Source: an uncultured Gammaproteobacteria bacterium
Lineage (GTDB): Bacteria > Patescibacteriota > Patescibacteriia > UBA9934
Assembly: GCA_964414795.1 (NCBI GenBank)
Contig: CAYPWV010000006.1
Span: 1 to 59,793, forward strand
Reading direction: 5' to 3'
Length of the DNA: 59,793 nt
Shown here piece after piece: positions 1 to 8,742 of the stretch (positions within the stretch are counted from its first letter, which is position 1; each line of letters starts with the position of its first letter). A program made the translations under genes and the position numbers. The notes under the pieces are model-generated. The model saw only the letters and a program-made list of their open reading frames with translations. It did no database searches and was not told the origin of the DNA.

Positions 1-69
1 GACTTTCTACAAAGGTGAATGGATAGGGGGTGTTGTTATGGAGTTTGAATTCGGGTAGAACGTAAAAAC

Positions 70-98
70 TTGCATTATTTCAAAAAATGGCGTAGTAT
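70..98 (+). promoter_or_regulatory. candidate sigma70-type promoter of the RGG/zinc-ribbon gene
   Basis: TTGCAT (70-75), 17-nt spacer, TAGTAT (93-98), 12 nt before the ATG at 111. No SD seen, so the mRNA would be near-leaderless. Confidence 0.3.
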
Positions 99-110
99 AA
101 ACAAATTCTT

Positions 111-683
111 ATGAATACATTCTCTCGGGGCGGTAATTTTGGTGGCGGTTTTGGTGGAAATAAAGGCGGAAATCGCTTTGGCAGCGGATCTCAAGGGGGA
201 TCCCGTGGTGGATTTGGCGGTGGTAACCGTGGCGGTTTTAGCTCCGGACCCCGGGAAGATCGCGAAATGTTTGATGCGACCTGCGGCGAATGTGGCAATA
301 ATTGCCAAGTTCCCTTCCGTCCTAATGGTCGCAAGCCGGTTCTTTGCTCCAACTGCTTTCGTAAAGACGAAGGGGGCAATGATCGTGCTCCTCGCAGCTT
401 TGGAAACGATCGCCCCTCTTTCAACCGTCCATCGTATGGCGACCGTCCTTCTTATGGTGAAAAGCGCTCCTTCGGTGGAGATCGCTTTAACAAAGGATCC
501 GAAGGAAAGCCAAATGATGAGCGCCTGCAGTCTATTGAAGCAAAACTCGACGTCATCCTTTCTCAATTGCGTCGCCTAAACCGCGACAGCAAGTCTGAGG
601 ACTTCACTCCAGAACCAAAAAAGCAAAAACCAACGGAAACCTTTGATCTTCCAGAAATTGAAAACCTTGATCTTAGCGAGTAG
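111..683 (+). CDS. CxxC-x17-CxxC zinc-ribbon protein with RGG/GGF-rich N-terminus
   Basis: 190-aa ORF. It has GGNFGGGFGG/RGGFGGGNRGG repeats followed by CGECGNNCQVPFRPNGRKPVLCSNC (CxxC-x17-CxxC), and is followed by a strong terminator. Confidence 0.75.
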   Translation: MNTFSRGGNFGGGFGGNKGGNRFGSGSQGGSRGGFGGGNRGGFSSGPREDREMFDATCGECGNNCQVPFRPNGRKPVLCSNCFRKDEGGNDRAPRSFGNDRPSFNRPSYGDRPSYGEKRSFGGDRFNKGSEGKPNDERLQSIEAKLDVILSQLRRLNRDSKSEDFTPEPKKQKPTETFDLPEIENLDLSE

Positions 684-688
684 TTCAT

Positions 689-722
689 AAAAAATACCCT
701 GCAGAAATGCAGGGTATTTTTA
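689..722. terminator. bidirectional intrinsic terminator between convergent genes
   Basis: ATACCCTGCA-GAAA-TGCAGGGTAT, a perfect 10-bp stem flanked by an A-tract and a T-tract. Confidence 0.8.
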
Positions 723-725
723 CAT

Positions 726-1163
726 TTATTTTCCTAACGTCTCAATAAACTTTCGCGCCTCTTGCTGCAAGCTCTTCATGTCAATACGCGCAGCAAGCGT
801 TTTACGCGCAAGGGCTTCAAGCGCCTCGTTGCCATGTTCTCGCGCAAGCTCAATAACAAACGCTCGCAATTGCTCAAAGTCACGTGAGTTTTTTAAATCT
901 TTTACCAAAAGAGCACCTCGATCAAGCCTAATCTCTTTCAATGTTCGTTCTGGAGGAAGACCTCGTCCAGGGAGCTTATCACCCTTTTGAAAGACGGAAG
1001 AATTAGGGACGGAAGGCTGATCAGCCCATGCCGATTGTTGCGCCCTTCTTGCACGATCAGGTGCCAAATTTGCATCAAGTCTTCTCGACGCTCCCTCTTG
1101 CACGCCAAATGGATTGTTCATATAGGGCAATGATACAAATACGTACCTACAATCATCAAACAT
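726..1163 (-). CDS. hypothetical protein
   Basis: 145-aa ORF. The ATG at 1163 is preceded by AAGGGGG about 6 nt upstream. No recognisable motif. Confidence 0.5.
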   Translation of the reverse strand: MFDDCRYVFVSLPYMNNPFGVQEGASRRLDANLAPDRARRAQQSAWADQPSVPNSSVFQKGDKLPGRGLPPERTLKEIRLDRGALLVKDLKNSRDFEQLRAFVIELAREHGNEALEALARKTLAARIDMKSLQQEARKFIETLGK

Positions 1164-1247
1164 CTTATCCCCCTTCTCTTTTCATACCAAGGTGGTCGAC
1201 ATTTTACTTCTCTCTCCTTTAAAAAAATCACGTCAGGAATCACTTCT

Positions 1248-1290
1248 GGAAGTTCCTTCGGTCGGCTTAATATCTCCCTCAGGATGACAC
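1248..1290. repeat. family-2 palindromic element copy (GGAAGTTCCTTCGGTCGGCTT..TCCCTCAGGATGAC)
   Basis: Near-identical copies at 18602-18645, 32928-32970 (inverted) and 33661-33703. Confidence 0.85.
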
Positions 1291-1303
1291 ACGCTTCACA
1301 ACT

Positions 1304-1732
1304 TCACAACTTCAAAACTCTTCCCCTACACTTCTCACATCGGCATCCATACGGCTTAATGTATTCGTTGAAATACTCTTTTCCGTAATCGTAATGCAAT
1401 TCTTCTCCTGACTTGATGTTCTTTTTTGCGTGAATGTACACGCGACCCGACCGAATGGTTACCTCGCAATTCGGTCTACAGGAATGGTTGATATAACGTG
1501 CAAGATTTTTTCGCGATGAACCGTCGATGGTTTTATTTTTTCCTACTTCAAACAAATACTTCCCTGCTTTCTTTTGTGTTTGTTCGTCATTTAATATCGG
1601 ACCCCAATACTCAACAATAAACGTGCCTTTCTTAATAGACTCGCTTGCAAAGATACCAAAACCCGACAAACCTCGACGGAGCTTGATGCCGGAAAAAGGA
1701 GGACGAGGAAAAGGAGAAGTGATCTTTTTCAT
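1304..1732 (-). CDS. SET-domain protein (putative protein-lysine methyltransferase)
   Basis: NHSCRPNCEV, GEELHYDYG and a C-terminal CRCEKC post-SET-like Cys cluster. Confidence 0.85.
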   Translation of the reverse strand: MKKITSPFPRPPFSGIKLRRGLSGFGIFASESIKKGTFIVEYWGPILNDEQTQKKAGKYLFEVGKNKTIDGSSRKNLARYINHSCRPNCEVTIRSGRVYIHAKKNIKSGEELHYDYGKEYFNEYIKPYGCRCEKCRGRVLKL

Positions 1733-1747
1733 AGTCGCAAAGTCTGA

Positions 1748-2521
1748 CTAAGACCTCAAACCCGTTCCCTTCTTAAGCAAGATCATATTCACTCCAAATA
1801 ATACCGCACATAATAACGTCAACGCAGCTGCTGATGCAAAGGGATTGGTGCTTGAGATGCCAAAGAATCCATAGCGCAACCCATCAACCATGTACACGAT
1901 GGGATTAAAGAGTGACACCGAGCGCCAAGGCTCCGGCAAGTGATCGATGGTGTAAAAGACACCTCCCAGATACGTTAAAGGAACAATAAGAAACGTAGTA
2001 AAAATTCCCACGTCATCAAATGACTTCGCGAAAAGCGAATTCATAAATCCAAGAAGCGAGAAGATCAGTGCCGTGAGGAAGGTGAATACTGCAATTGCCC
2101 ACAAGTGCTCTATTCCTGGATGTGCGAAGAAAAGCGAAACGAGAAATACTAAAAACCCGGTAATAATTCCTCGTAACACACCACCGATAACGTACCCCGA
2201 AAGCATAATGCTATTTGGCGTAGGAGAAACAAGAATTTCATCGATATTGTGCATGAACTTTGCACCGAAAAACGAGCTGACCGTATTTGCAAACGCGTTC
2301 TGAATAACCACCATCATCACCAAACCCGGAATGATAAACGCCACATACGGCTGTCCGTCTATCTCGGAAATACGCGAACCAATGAAAGTGCCGAACACGA
2401 GAAAATACAATGTTTGCGTAATAACAGGCGGCAAAAGTGTTTGCTTCCAAATACGAAAGATGCGCACCACTTCTTTACGAACAATGGTGTAAAACGCAAT
2501 CCAAAGAGCGGAGGAGGTCAT
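1748..2521 (-). CDS. ABC-2 type exporter permease
   Basis: 257 aa with about 6 hydrophobic spans. Its start overlaps the stop of the upstream ABC ATPase. Confidence 0.8.
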   Translation of the reverse strand: MTSSALWIAFYTIVRKEVVRIFRIWKQTLLPPVITQTLYFLVFGTFIGSRISEIDGQPYVAFIIPGLVMMVVIQNAFANTVSSFFGAKFMHNIDEILVSPTPNSIMLSGYVIGGVLRGIITGFLVFLVSLFFAHPGIEHLWAIAVFTFLTALIFSLLGFMNSLFAKSFDDVGIFTTFLIVPLTYLGGVFYTIDHLPEPWRSVSLFNPIVYMVDGLRYGFFGISSTNPFASAAALTLLCAVLFGVNMILLKKGTGLRS

Positions 2522-3417
2522 ACGGAAGAAGAAGTTACTTTAAGCAAAAGCTCTTCGAGGCGATTGGTTTGCTGACGCACATCAAGTACATGCATGCCTG
2601 CGGCAAGAATCTTGTTGAGTACCGGATCAAGTCCGAGCTTTTCATCGCTCTCCACAAGAAGCGTTCGTTCGTCTTGCGTCGTCCATGCCGCATCGGGAAG
2701 GGCTTTGTCGACGGTGACGGTGTAATGCTCTTTTCCTATAGCCTGAAGCACATTTTGCACGCTATCTTCACGCAACACTTTGCCCTCTTTAATAATCGCC
2801 ATGCGTGAGCAGAGTGCTTCTACATCCTCGAGATAATGTGAGGTGAGGATGATGGTTGTACCGGATGCGTTGAGCTTTTTGAGATAGTCCCACATGCCTC
2901 GACGAGATTCAACATCAACTCCTGCCGTTGGCTCATCGAGAATAAGCATTTTTGGCTGATGGCATAATGCGCGCGCAATCATCAACCTTCGCTTCATTCC
3001 TCCCGAAAGCGTCATCGACTTTGCAGAACGCTTCTCCCAAAGTCCAAGATCTTTGAGAAGCTGATCCACACGCGGGCGAGCAATAGCCGGAGGAACACCG
3101 TAATAACCCGCCTGACTGAGAATAATATCCTGCACCGTTTCAAAGATGTTGAAATTAAACTCTTGAGGAACCACGCCAATGCACGATTTTGCCTCCGAAG
3201 GATGCCGCATTGCATCAATACCAAAAACCTTCACTTCTCCCGAAGTGGGGTTTACAAGACCCGTCAAAATTCCAATAACCGTAGTTTTTCCGGCACCGTT
3301 TGGGCCAAGAAGCGCGAAACATTCACCCTCGGGAACAGAAAGCGATACACCCTGGAGGGCTTTTACGCCCGTTTTATATGTTTTCTGAAGATTGGTTATT
3401 TCGAGTGCGAGGGGCAT
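2518..3417 (-). CDS. ABC transporter ATP-binding protein
   Basis: Walker A GPNGAGKTT, signature LSGGMKRR, Walker B LILDEPT. Confidence 0.9.
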   Translation of the reverse strand: MPLALEITNLQKTYKTGVKALQGVSLSVPEGECFALLGPNGAGKTTVIGILTGLVNPTSGEVKVFGIDAMRHPSEAKSCIGVVPQEFNFNIFETVQDIILSQAGYYGVPPAIARPRVDQLLKDLGLWEKRSAKSMTLSGGMKRRLMIARALCHQPKMLILDEPTAGVDVESRRGMWDYLKKLNASGTTIILTSHYLEDVEALCSRMAIIKEGKVLREDSVQNVLQAIGKEHYTVTVDKALPDAAWTTQDERTLLVESDEKLGLDPVLNKILAAGMHVLDVRQQTNRLEELLLKVTSSSV

Positions 3418-3432
3418 AGAAGATATAACTCG

Positions 3433-3513
3433 TGGTTTAAATGGTTAAATTGGTTAAATGGTTTCTATGATTTTCAAGACATAACATCTTAACCACTTTA
3501 ACCAACTTAACCC
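3433..3513. repeat. long imperfect hairpin built from GGTTAAA-type words
   Basis: The left arm GGTTTAAATGGTTAAATTGGTTAAATGGTT pairs with the right arm CTTAACCACTTTAACCAACTTAACCC. It lies between the ABC ATPase start and the ABC-F stop. Confidence 0.7.
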
Positions 3514-5297
3514 TTCAGCACATCAAGATCTTTCTGAAGCTCCAACCATAATGCCTCAAAATCAGATAAAAGAACATCAATTTCGCGTAATCGTTGCGCC
3601 CGTTCAGGAGAATAGTCGGTTGGATACTCAAAAAAGTAAGCGAGAATTGCACTTTTTTCTTTATCAAGCTTTTCAATTTCTGTATGTGCCTTTTCCTGTG
3701 CACGCTGCTTTTCTTTCAAAAGATTCTTGCGTTCGGTATGAGAAATAACGCGCGCAGAAGGCTCTTTTTCATTTTGCTCACGCAGTGCACGGAGCGCCTC
3801 ATCACTCGCTCGCGTTTCAAGATCTTGCACATACGCTTCGTACGAACCAGGAAATTCGCGCACCGTACCATCACGCAATTCGAGCGTACGATCTACAAGC
3901 GCATTTACAAACGTACGTGCGTGCGAAACGATAATAACCGTTCCTCCATAATTCTTTAATGCTTCTGCAAGATTTTCTGCAGTTTCAACATCGAGATGGT
4001 TGGTGGGTTCATCGAGAATAAGCACGTTATACTCGTGGAGCAAAATCCCCGCTAAACACAAACGCGCACGCTCACCTCCCGACAAAACGCTCGTTGGCTT
4101 TTCAAGATCATCATTTCTAAACAAAAAGTTTCCCGCCATCATGAGCAATCGCTCACCAGAAATATCCATAGGCGCAAGGCGAGTGAGATACGCCAGGACC
4201 GTTTCGTGCGGGATAAGCGTTGCATCGGTTTTTTGGTCGTAATACCCAATGTGCGCATGATGCCACCACTTGATGACTCCGGATACTTGCTCGTGTTTTC
4301 CCGCAAGCGCACGCAGTAACGTTGTTTTTCCTTTTCCATTTTCTCCTGCAATGACTATTTTTTCTCCCCGTTTAATTTCAAACGAAATATCTGTTGCGAG
4401 AATATGTTCTCCATAGCCTACCGCAACTTTTTCCACACGCACCGCAGTACCCGAGGTGATATGCGGCGTAGGAATCACGATACGCGCAGATGACAAATCT
4501 TTCCGCATTGCGGTAAGTTGATTACGCAACTTTGCAATATGCTTAATTTTATTTTGCGCACGCGATGCCAAACTCGCCTTAAAACGAAAACGATCAACAA
4601 ACTCTTGATGATGTGCAATTTCTCGTGATAACCGCTTATTATTTTTTCGCTGATACTCTTTCTGTTCTTCTTTCCAGGCTAAATACTCCTCCACGCCGCC
4701 AGAATATTCGACCAGTGCGCCACGCTCAATTTCAAACGTATCCGTACAGGTGTTTTGCAAGAATTCTCGATCATGTGCGGTAAGCAAAAAACTTCCTTTA
4801 TAATCGGCGAGAAACTTTTCTAAAAGCAACAGCGTTTGCAAGTCGAGATAGTTTACCGGTTCATCGAGAATGAGGAGCGTAGGATCTTGCAAAAGCATCG
4901 CCACGATTTTTACACGCATTTGATATCCTCCCGAAAGCTCGGTGGGCTTTTTTGCGAGGTGCGATGCAAGCAATCCAAAACGCGCCGCAAGCTTTTGTAC
5001 TTCCCACGCAAGTTTTCCGCTTCCCTCTTCTAAAAACATTTGCACCGAAACATCCCCTGGAAGCACTTCGTGTTGGCGAACAATACCCAGCTTGGTCCAC
5101 GGCAACAGCTCAATTTCTCCCCCATCACGCTCCTCTTCACCCGTTAAAATCTTTAACAGCGTAGATTTTCCTGCACCATTTCTTCCGAGCAAAGCTACTT
5201 TTTGCCCTTCGGCAACCATAAAAGAAACATCTTGCAAAACCACCTGCTTTCCGTAGGTTTTGGTGATGTTCTTTGCGTAAAGAAGGGGTCTTTCCAT
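3507..5297 (-). CDS. ABC-F family ATPase (two ABC domains, no membrane domain)
   Basis: Two Walker A motifs (GRNGAGKST, GENGKGKTT), two LSGG signatures and a charged C-terminal coiled tail. Start set at MERPLLYAKNITK; the longer track ORF begins with TTG at 5333. Confidence 0.9.
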   Translation of the reverse strand: MERPLLYAKNITKTYGKQVVLQDVSFMVAEGQKVALLGRNGAGKSTLLKILTGEEERDGGEIELLPWTKLGIVRQHEVLPGDVSVQMFLEEGSGKLAWEVQKLAARFGLLASHLAKKPTELSGGYQMRVKIVAMLLQDPTLLILDEPVNYLDLQTLLLLEKFLADYKGSFLLTAHDREFLQNTCTDTFEIERGALVEYSGGVEEYLAWKEEQKEYQRKNNKRLSREIAHHQEFVDRFRFKASLASRAQNKIKHIAKLRNQLTAMRKDLSSARIVIPTPHITSGTAVRVEKVAVGYGEHILATDISFEIKRGEKIVIAGENGKGKTTLLRALAGKHEQVSGVIKWWHHAHIGYYDQKTDATLIPHETVLAYLTRLAPMDISGERLLMMAGNFLFRNDDLEKPTSVLSGGERARLCLAGILLHEYNVLILDEPTNHLDVETAENLAEALKNYGGTVIIVSHARTFVNALVDRTLELRDGTVREFPGSYEAYVQDLETRASDEALRALREQNEKEPSARVISHTERKNLLKEKQRAQEKAHTEIEKLDKEKSAILAYFFEYPTDYSPERAQRLREIDVLLSDFEALWLELQKDLDVLKG

Positions 5298-5365
5298 GGC
5301 ATACAGCATACGCCAGCCGTAGACACTTCGCAATGCATTCGCTACGCTCGTGCGGGAGGAAAACC

Positions 5366-6073
5366 ATGAAGAAAGAACGGTATCGCTTAAGTCCGAGAAA
5401 AATAGGAACGGGTATTGAAATCATCGTGCCATCGGAGTACACTGCGCTCCTTGACCGGTGCACGCAATCAGCACCGATCGTGCGGGAGGGGGAATGCGAA
5501 GGCGGAGCGGCATTTGTAAGTAGCGAAAATCGCTGGGGTTTTGGCGGGATTCTCGCAAAAAAGTATCGCAGAAGAGATCTCGTCTTCACTGTGAACTTCT
5601 TGGGAAGTTCGCTCAATGGAGCCGTGCCCCGCTCGCTCAATCTCCTCATTGCCGGTCTTTACCCACCTGAAGGTGATCCTGATACGTCGGCACCACTCGT
5701 CGACTTGAGCAACCTCGGAACCGGCGGAAGAAGGGGTGGATATGGCTTGAGCGTCACGCTCTCGCCGCATATGATTGCGCTCTTGGGGCGGTTCAGCCAC
5801 GACCACCAAGTTCGTATTCAGCATGCGATGCAGACGACGATGCGCGAAATGGGAGACGCGCGACAGCACGGCTTCTGCTGTCACACGAGGCACATTCTCA
5901 CGCTCGGTGTTCCGGGCGAAGAGGCGTGGCTCGCATGTGATGGCGGAAGAAAGAGCGACGGATCCGCTCAAATGGGCGATCACAACATCGACTATCCTTC
6001 GCAGCAATTCGCGCTGCTTGCCGGACTTGCGAAAGCACAGGAAATCGCGGAAAGAATCGCCGCAGCATCGTGA
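5366..6073 (+). CDS. hypothetical protein, G+C-rich orphan gene
   Basis: GGGAGG lies 6 nt before the ATG at 5366. The 235-aa frame shows coding-like codon structure and an intrinsic terminator follows directly. It is a plus-strand gene within a long minus-strand run. Confidence 0.6.
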   Translation: MKKERYRLSPRKIGTGIEIIVPSEYTALLDRCTQSAPIVREGECEGGAAFVSSENRWGFGGILAKKYRRRDLVFTVNFLGSSLNGAVPRSLNLLIAGLYPPEGDPDTSAPLVDLSNLGTGGRRGGYGLSVTLSPHMIALLGRFSHDHQVRIQHAMQTTMREMGDARQHGFCCHTRHILTLGVPGEEAWLACDGGRKSDGSAQMGDHNIDYPSQQFALLAGLAKAQEIAERIAAAS

Positions 6074-6102
6074 GTCATGAGTGATGGGACTATCCGTACC
6101 CT

Positions 6103-6131
6103 GCGCCCCGTGGCGTGGGGCGTTGTTTTTT
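6103..6131 (+). terminator. intrinsic terminator
   Basis: CGCCCCG-TGGC-GTGGGGCG followed by TTGTTTTTT. Confidence 0.75.
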
Positions 6132-7140
6132 AAATTGTATAAGAACCATTTTCAAAAACGATGATGTCATCAATGGTCACTTTTTGCACATCTACAAACA
6201 CGTCGACATGATATTTGCTTGAACGTTTTGGCATGCCTGCTTTTGCATAAATAGTGTGCTTTTGCCCAAGCGAAAGGTGGATGCCGCACATGCGTTCGTA
6301 GCTGCCGATATCGGTGAGGATGCGATGGCGCGTAAGGGCGCGATTCATACCAAAGCCTAGTTCGCGTACCCATACCTGTTCATCGGCCTTAATTTGATCG
6401 AGCACTTTAACAAACGACTCGGGCGCGTTTGGCGCATCAACAAGAATGCCGTGCTCAATGCACACAAGAACCGGTTCACTCGGAACCATAACGTGAAAAT
6501 CCGCATCGGCAAATGCGAATAGTTTTGCCGTACCGTTTACTTGGAATACGTCTTTAGGCTCGGTAAATACTTCGCCAATGGGAAATTGGCCTCCCACATT
6601 TTTCATGCCGGTATAATCACCAATGTTCAGTTTTGCATCTTCAAGCGGAGTATCATACACGAGCTCAGCGCCTTCACATGAGACAACGACGCGTTTTGCC
6701 CGATCGATCAGTTTCTTGAGTTTTCTACCGACGGTTTGATAATAGTCAACGTCATACGCAAGCGAATCAATGTAGATCTCATGCTCTTCTTGCGGCATGC
6801 GACCCAAATGAGGATGTTCAATAACGGCTAAACCTCTATTAAAAAGCTCTAACCGAAAACGAAATTCGTTGAGACGAAAACTCGATGATTGCACCAGTGC
6901 AACCAAATCTCCCGGCGCTAATACCTCCATCGCGGCGCGAATTTCTTGAGGACTTGTGGCATTAAAATCAATTGCGCGCGCATGCGGAAGAACGGCAATA
7001 TATGCATCCGCAAGGAGTGATGACAACACCGATTGACGATCAAAAACAATCATTGCTTGCGCGGAAGGTTGATGCTTCATTGCACTGGTGATAGTTGCTT
7101 CTACATTTTGTATTGCTTTTTCTAGAAGAGAAGATGACAT
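6130..7140 (-). CDS. putative aminopeptidase (M29/aminopeptidase T-like)
   Basis: The 336-aa ORF is clearly coding. The family assignment rests only on overall resemblance and His/Asp-containing C-terminal segments (GIHLSLG, KYHVDVF). Confidence 0.45.
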   Translation of the reverse strand: MSSSLLEKAIQNVEATITSAMKHQPSAQAMIVFDRQSVLSSLLADAYIAVLPHARAIDFNATSPQEIRAAMEVLAPGDLVALVQSSSFRLNEFRFRLELFNRGLAVIEHPHLGRMPQEEHEIYIDSLAYDVDYYQTVGRKLKKLIDRAKRVVVSCEGAELVYDTPLEDAKLNIGDYTGMKNVGGQFPIGEVFTEPKDVFQVNGTAKLFAFADADFHVMVPSEPVLVCIEHGILVDAPNAPESFVKVLDQIKADEQVWVRELGFGMNRALTRHRILTDIGSYERMCGIHLSLGQKHTIYAKAGMPKRSSKYHVDVFVDVQKVTIDDIIVFENGSYTI

Positions 7141-7170
7141 AGAAATGTGACGCAGTGTACCTGGTTTTGC

Positions 7171-7202
7171 AAAAAATCACCACTTTTACATGGTGATTTT
7201 TT
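7171..7202 (-). terminator. intrinsic terminator after the DEAD-box helicase gene
   Basis: AAAAAATCACCA..TGGTGATTTTTT stem-loop with flanking A and T tracts. Confidence 0.75.
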
Positions 7203-7208
7203 CTTATC

Positions 7209-8480
7209 TTATCGTGCGGTTGGTGCGTAATGCACGGCGCGACCGGAGCCTTGATGACCCGTGGCACGAGGAGCAAATCCTCCTGAACGAGATCCACCGC
7301 GTCCCCTAAAACCTCCGCGCTGCGGACGAGAGGAACCACCGCTTGAGAAACCTCCCCCACGGCGAAGTTCGGGAGATCCTGCACGTTCAGGAATAACTTT
7401 TTTAATAAGACGTTCAATAAGCATAACATCTCTTGCTTGAGCAGGCTCCACAAACGTGATCGCCAAACCTTCACGTCCTGCACGACCTGTACGACCAATG
7501 CGGTGCACGTAATCTTCTGGATTATCAGGAAGATCGTAGTTCACCACAAGCGTAATACTCGAAACATCGATACCACGAGCCGCAATATCGGTTGCAACAA
7601 GAACGCGGTGTTGACCACGCTTAAATCCATCAAGCGCACGCTGACGTTGAGATTGCGAACGATCAGAATGCATTTCTGCAGCAGAAACACCCGCATCATT
7701 TAAATTGCGCGCAATACGACTTGCACCGTGCTTCGTACGAGAAAATACGAGCGCTACACCGGTGTGTTCACGAAGAACCTGCTCAAGCATTGCTTGCTTA
7801 GAACTTTTATCGGTAACAATTAGTTCTTGTGCAATTTTATCAGCGGTTAATCCTGCAGCAGCAACTTCAATACGCACCGGTTGATGCATGTACGTCGCAG
7901 CAATGCGGGCAATTTCTGCAGGCATCGTTGCAGAAAAAAGCAATGTTTGACGACTTTTAGGAACGGTTTGCAAAATGCGTTCAATTTGCGGAGCGAATCC
8001 CATATCGAGCATACGATCAGCTTCGTCAAAAACAAGCACTTCTACTTTATCGAGCGTTACCGTTTTTTGTTGCAAATGATCAAGCAAGCGACCTGGAGTA
8101 GCGATGATAATGTGCGGATTGGTACGCAACGCCTTCTCTTGTGGCCACATCGCAACGCCTCCAATAAGAAGCGTGGTGCGTGCACCAAATTTAGATGCAA
8201 TTTTACGCATGGTTTCCTCAACCTGCACCGCAAGTTCACGCGTAGGCAAAAGCACCAATCCTCGACCCTTTGTTTTTGCTAGGCGTTCAATCATCGGAAT
8301 AGCAAACGCAAGCGTTTTACCGGTTCCGGTTTGTGCAATACCCAAAACATCAACACCAGTAAGAGCAACAGGAATAGCCTGCGCCTGAATAGGTGTGGGG
8401 GTAACAAAGCCCATGGAAGTAAGGTGTGTAAGAAGGGACGGGTGCATGCCGAGCATGTCGAACGTAGTTTCTGTAGACAT
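7209..8480 (-). CDS. DEAD-box ATP-dependent RNA helicase with RGG-rich C-terminal tail
   Basis: AQTGTGKT, DEAD, SAT and HRIGRTGRAG motifs. The tail reads RRGGGFSSGGSSRPQRGGFRGRGGSRSGGF. Confidence 0.95.
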   Translation of the reverse strand: MSTETTFDMLGMHPSLLTHLTSMGFVTPTPIQAQAIPVALTGVDVLGIAQTGTGKTLAFAIPMIERLAKTKGRGLVLLPTRELAVQVEETMRKIASKFGARTTLLIGGVAMWPQEKALRTNPHIIIATPGRLLDHLQQKTVTLDKVEVLVFDEADRMLDMGFAPQIERILQTVPKSRQTLLFSATMPAEIARIAATYMHQPVRIEVAAAGLTADKIAQELIVTDKSSKQAMLEQVLREHTGVALVFSRTKHGASRIARNLNDAGVSAAEMHSDRSQSQRQRALDGFKRGQHRVLVATDIAARGIDVSSITLVVNYDLPDNPEDYVHRIGRTGRAGREGLAITFVEPAQARDVMLIERLIKKVIPERAGSPELRRGGGFSSGGSSRPQRGGFRGRGGSRSGGFAPRATGHQGSGRAVHYAPTAR

Positions 8481-8585
8481 AATAAAAAGACGCCTTATAA
8501 AAATGATGGTCCGTTTCCTGCACCACCATATAAAAGCGTCGGGTCTGCTGGAACGGTAACTTGAGATAGTCCCAAGATTGGCTCC

Positions 8586-8614
8586 AGTATAGCGGATTTT
8601 TGCAAAAGAAGCAA
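8586..8614 (-). promoter_or_regulatory. candidate sigma70-type promoter of the DEAD-box helicase gene
   Basis: On the minus strand: TTGCTT, 17-nt spacer, TATACT. It implies a 5' UTR of about 100 nt. Confidence 0.5.
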
Positions 8615-8630
8615 GTTCTCGTCATGCTGT

Positions 8631-8736
8631 GTCGTCATGCCGGACACCGATCCGGCATCCATCGTCATAAGCTGAGTAAATAGCGATGGATCCCGGGTCC
8701 CCGCCTCGCCGGCAGGCAGGAAGCCCGGGATGACGA
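8631..8736. repeat. family-1 double-hairpin MITE-like element, copy A
   Basis: GTCATGCCGGACACCGATCCGGCATCC ... GATCCCGGG..CCCGGGATGACGAA. The termini are inverted (TTCGTCAT-S-CCGG). The second hairpin is expanded in this copy. Confidence 0.85.
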
Positions 8737-8742
8737 AAAAAC

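Noticed and set aside
1-60. GACTTTC at the window edge, considered as a possible RNase P P4 fragment on the minus strand.
   Set aside because: Only a 7-nt match is present (AGAAAGTC rather than GGAAAGTCC), with no other conserved RNase P elements nearby. The region is also truncated by the window.
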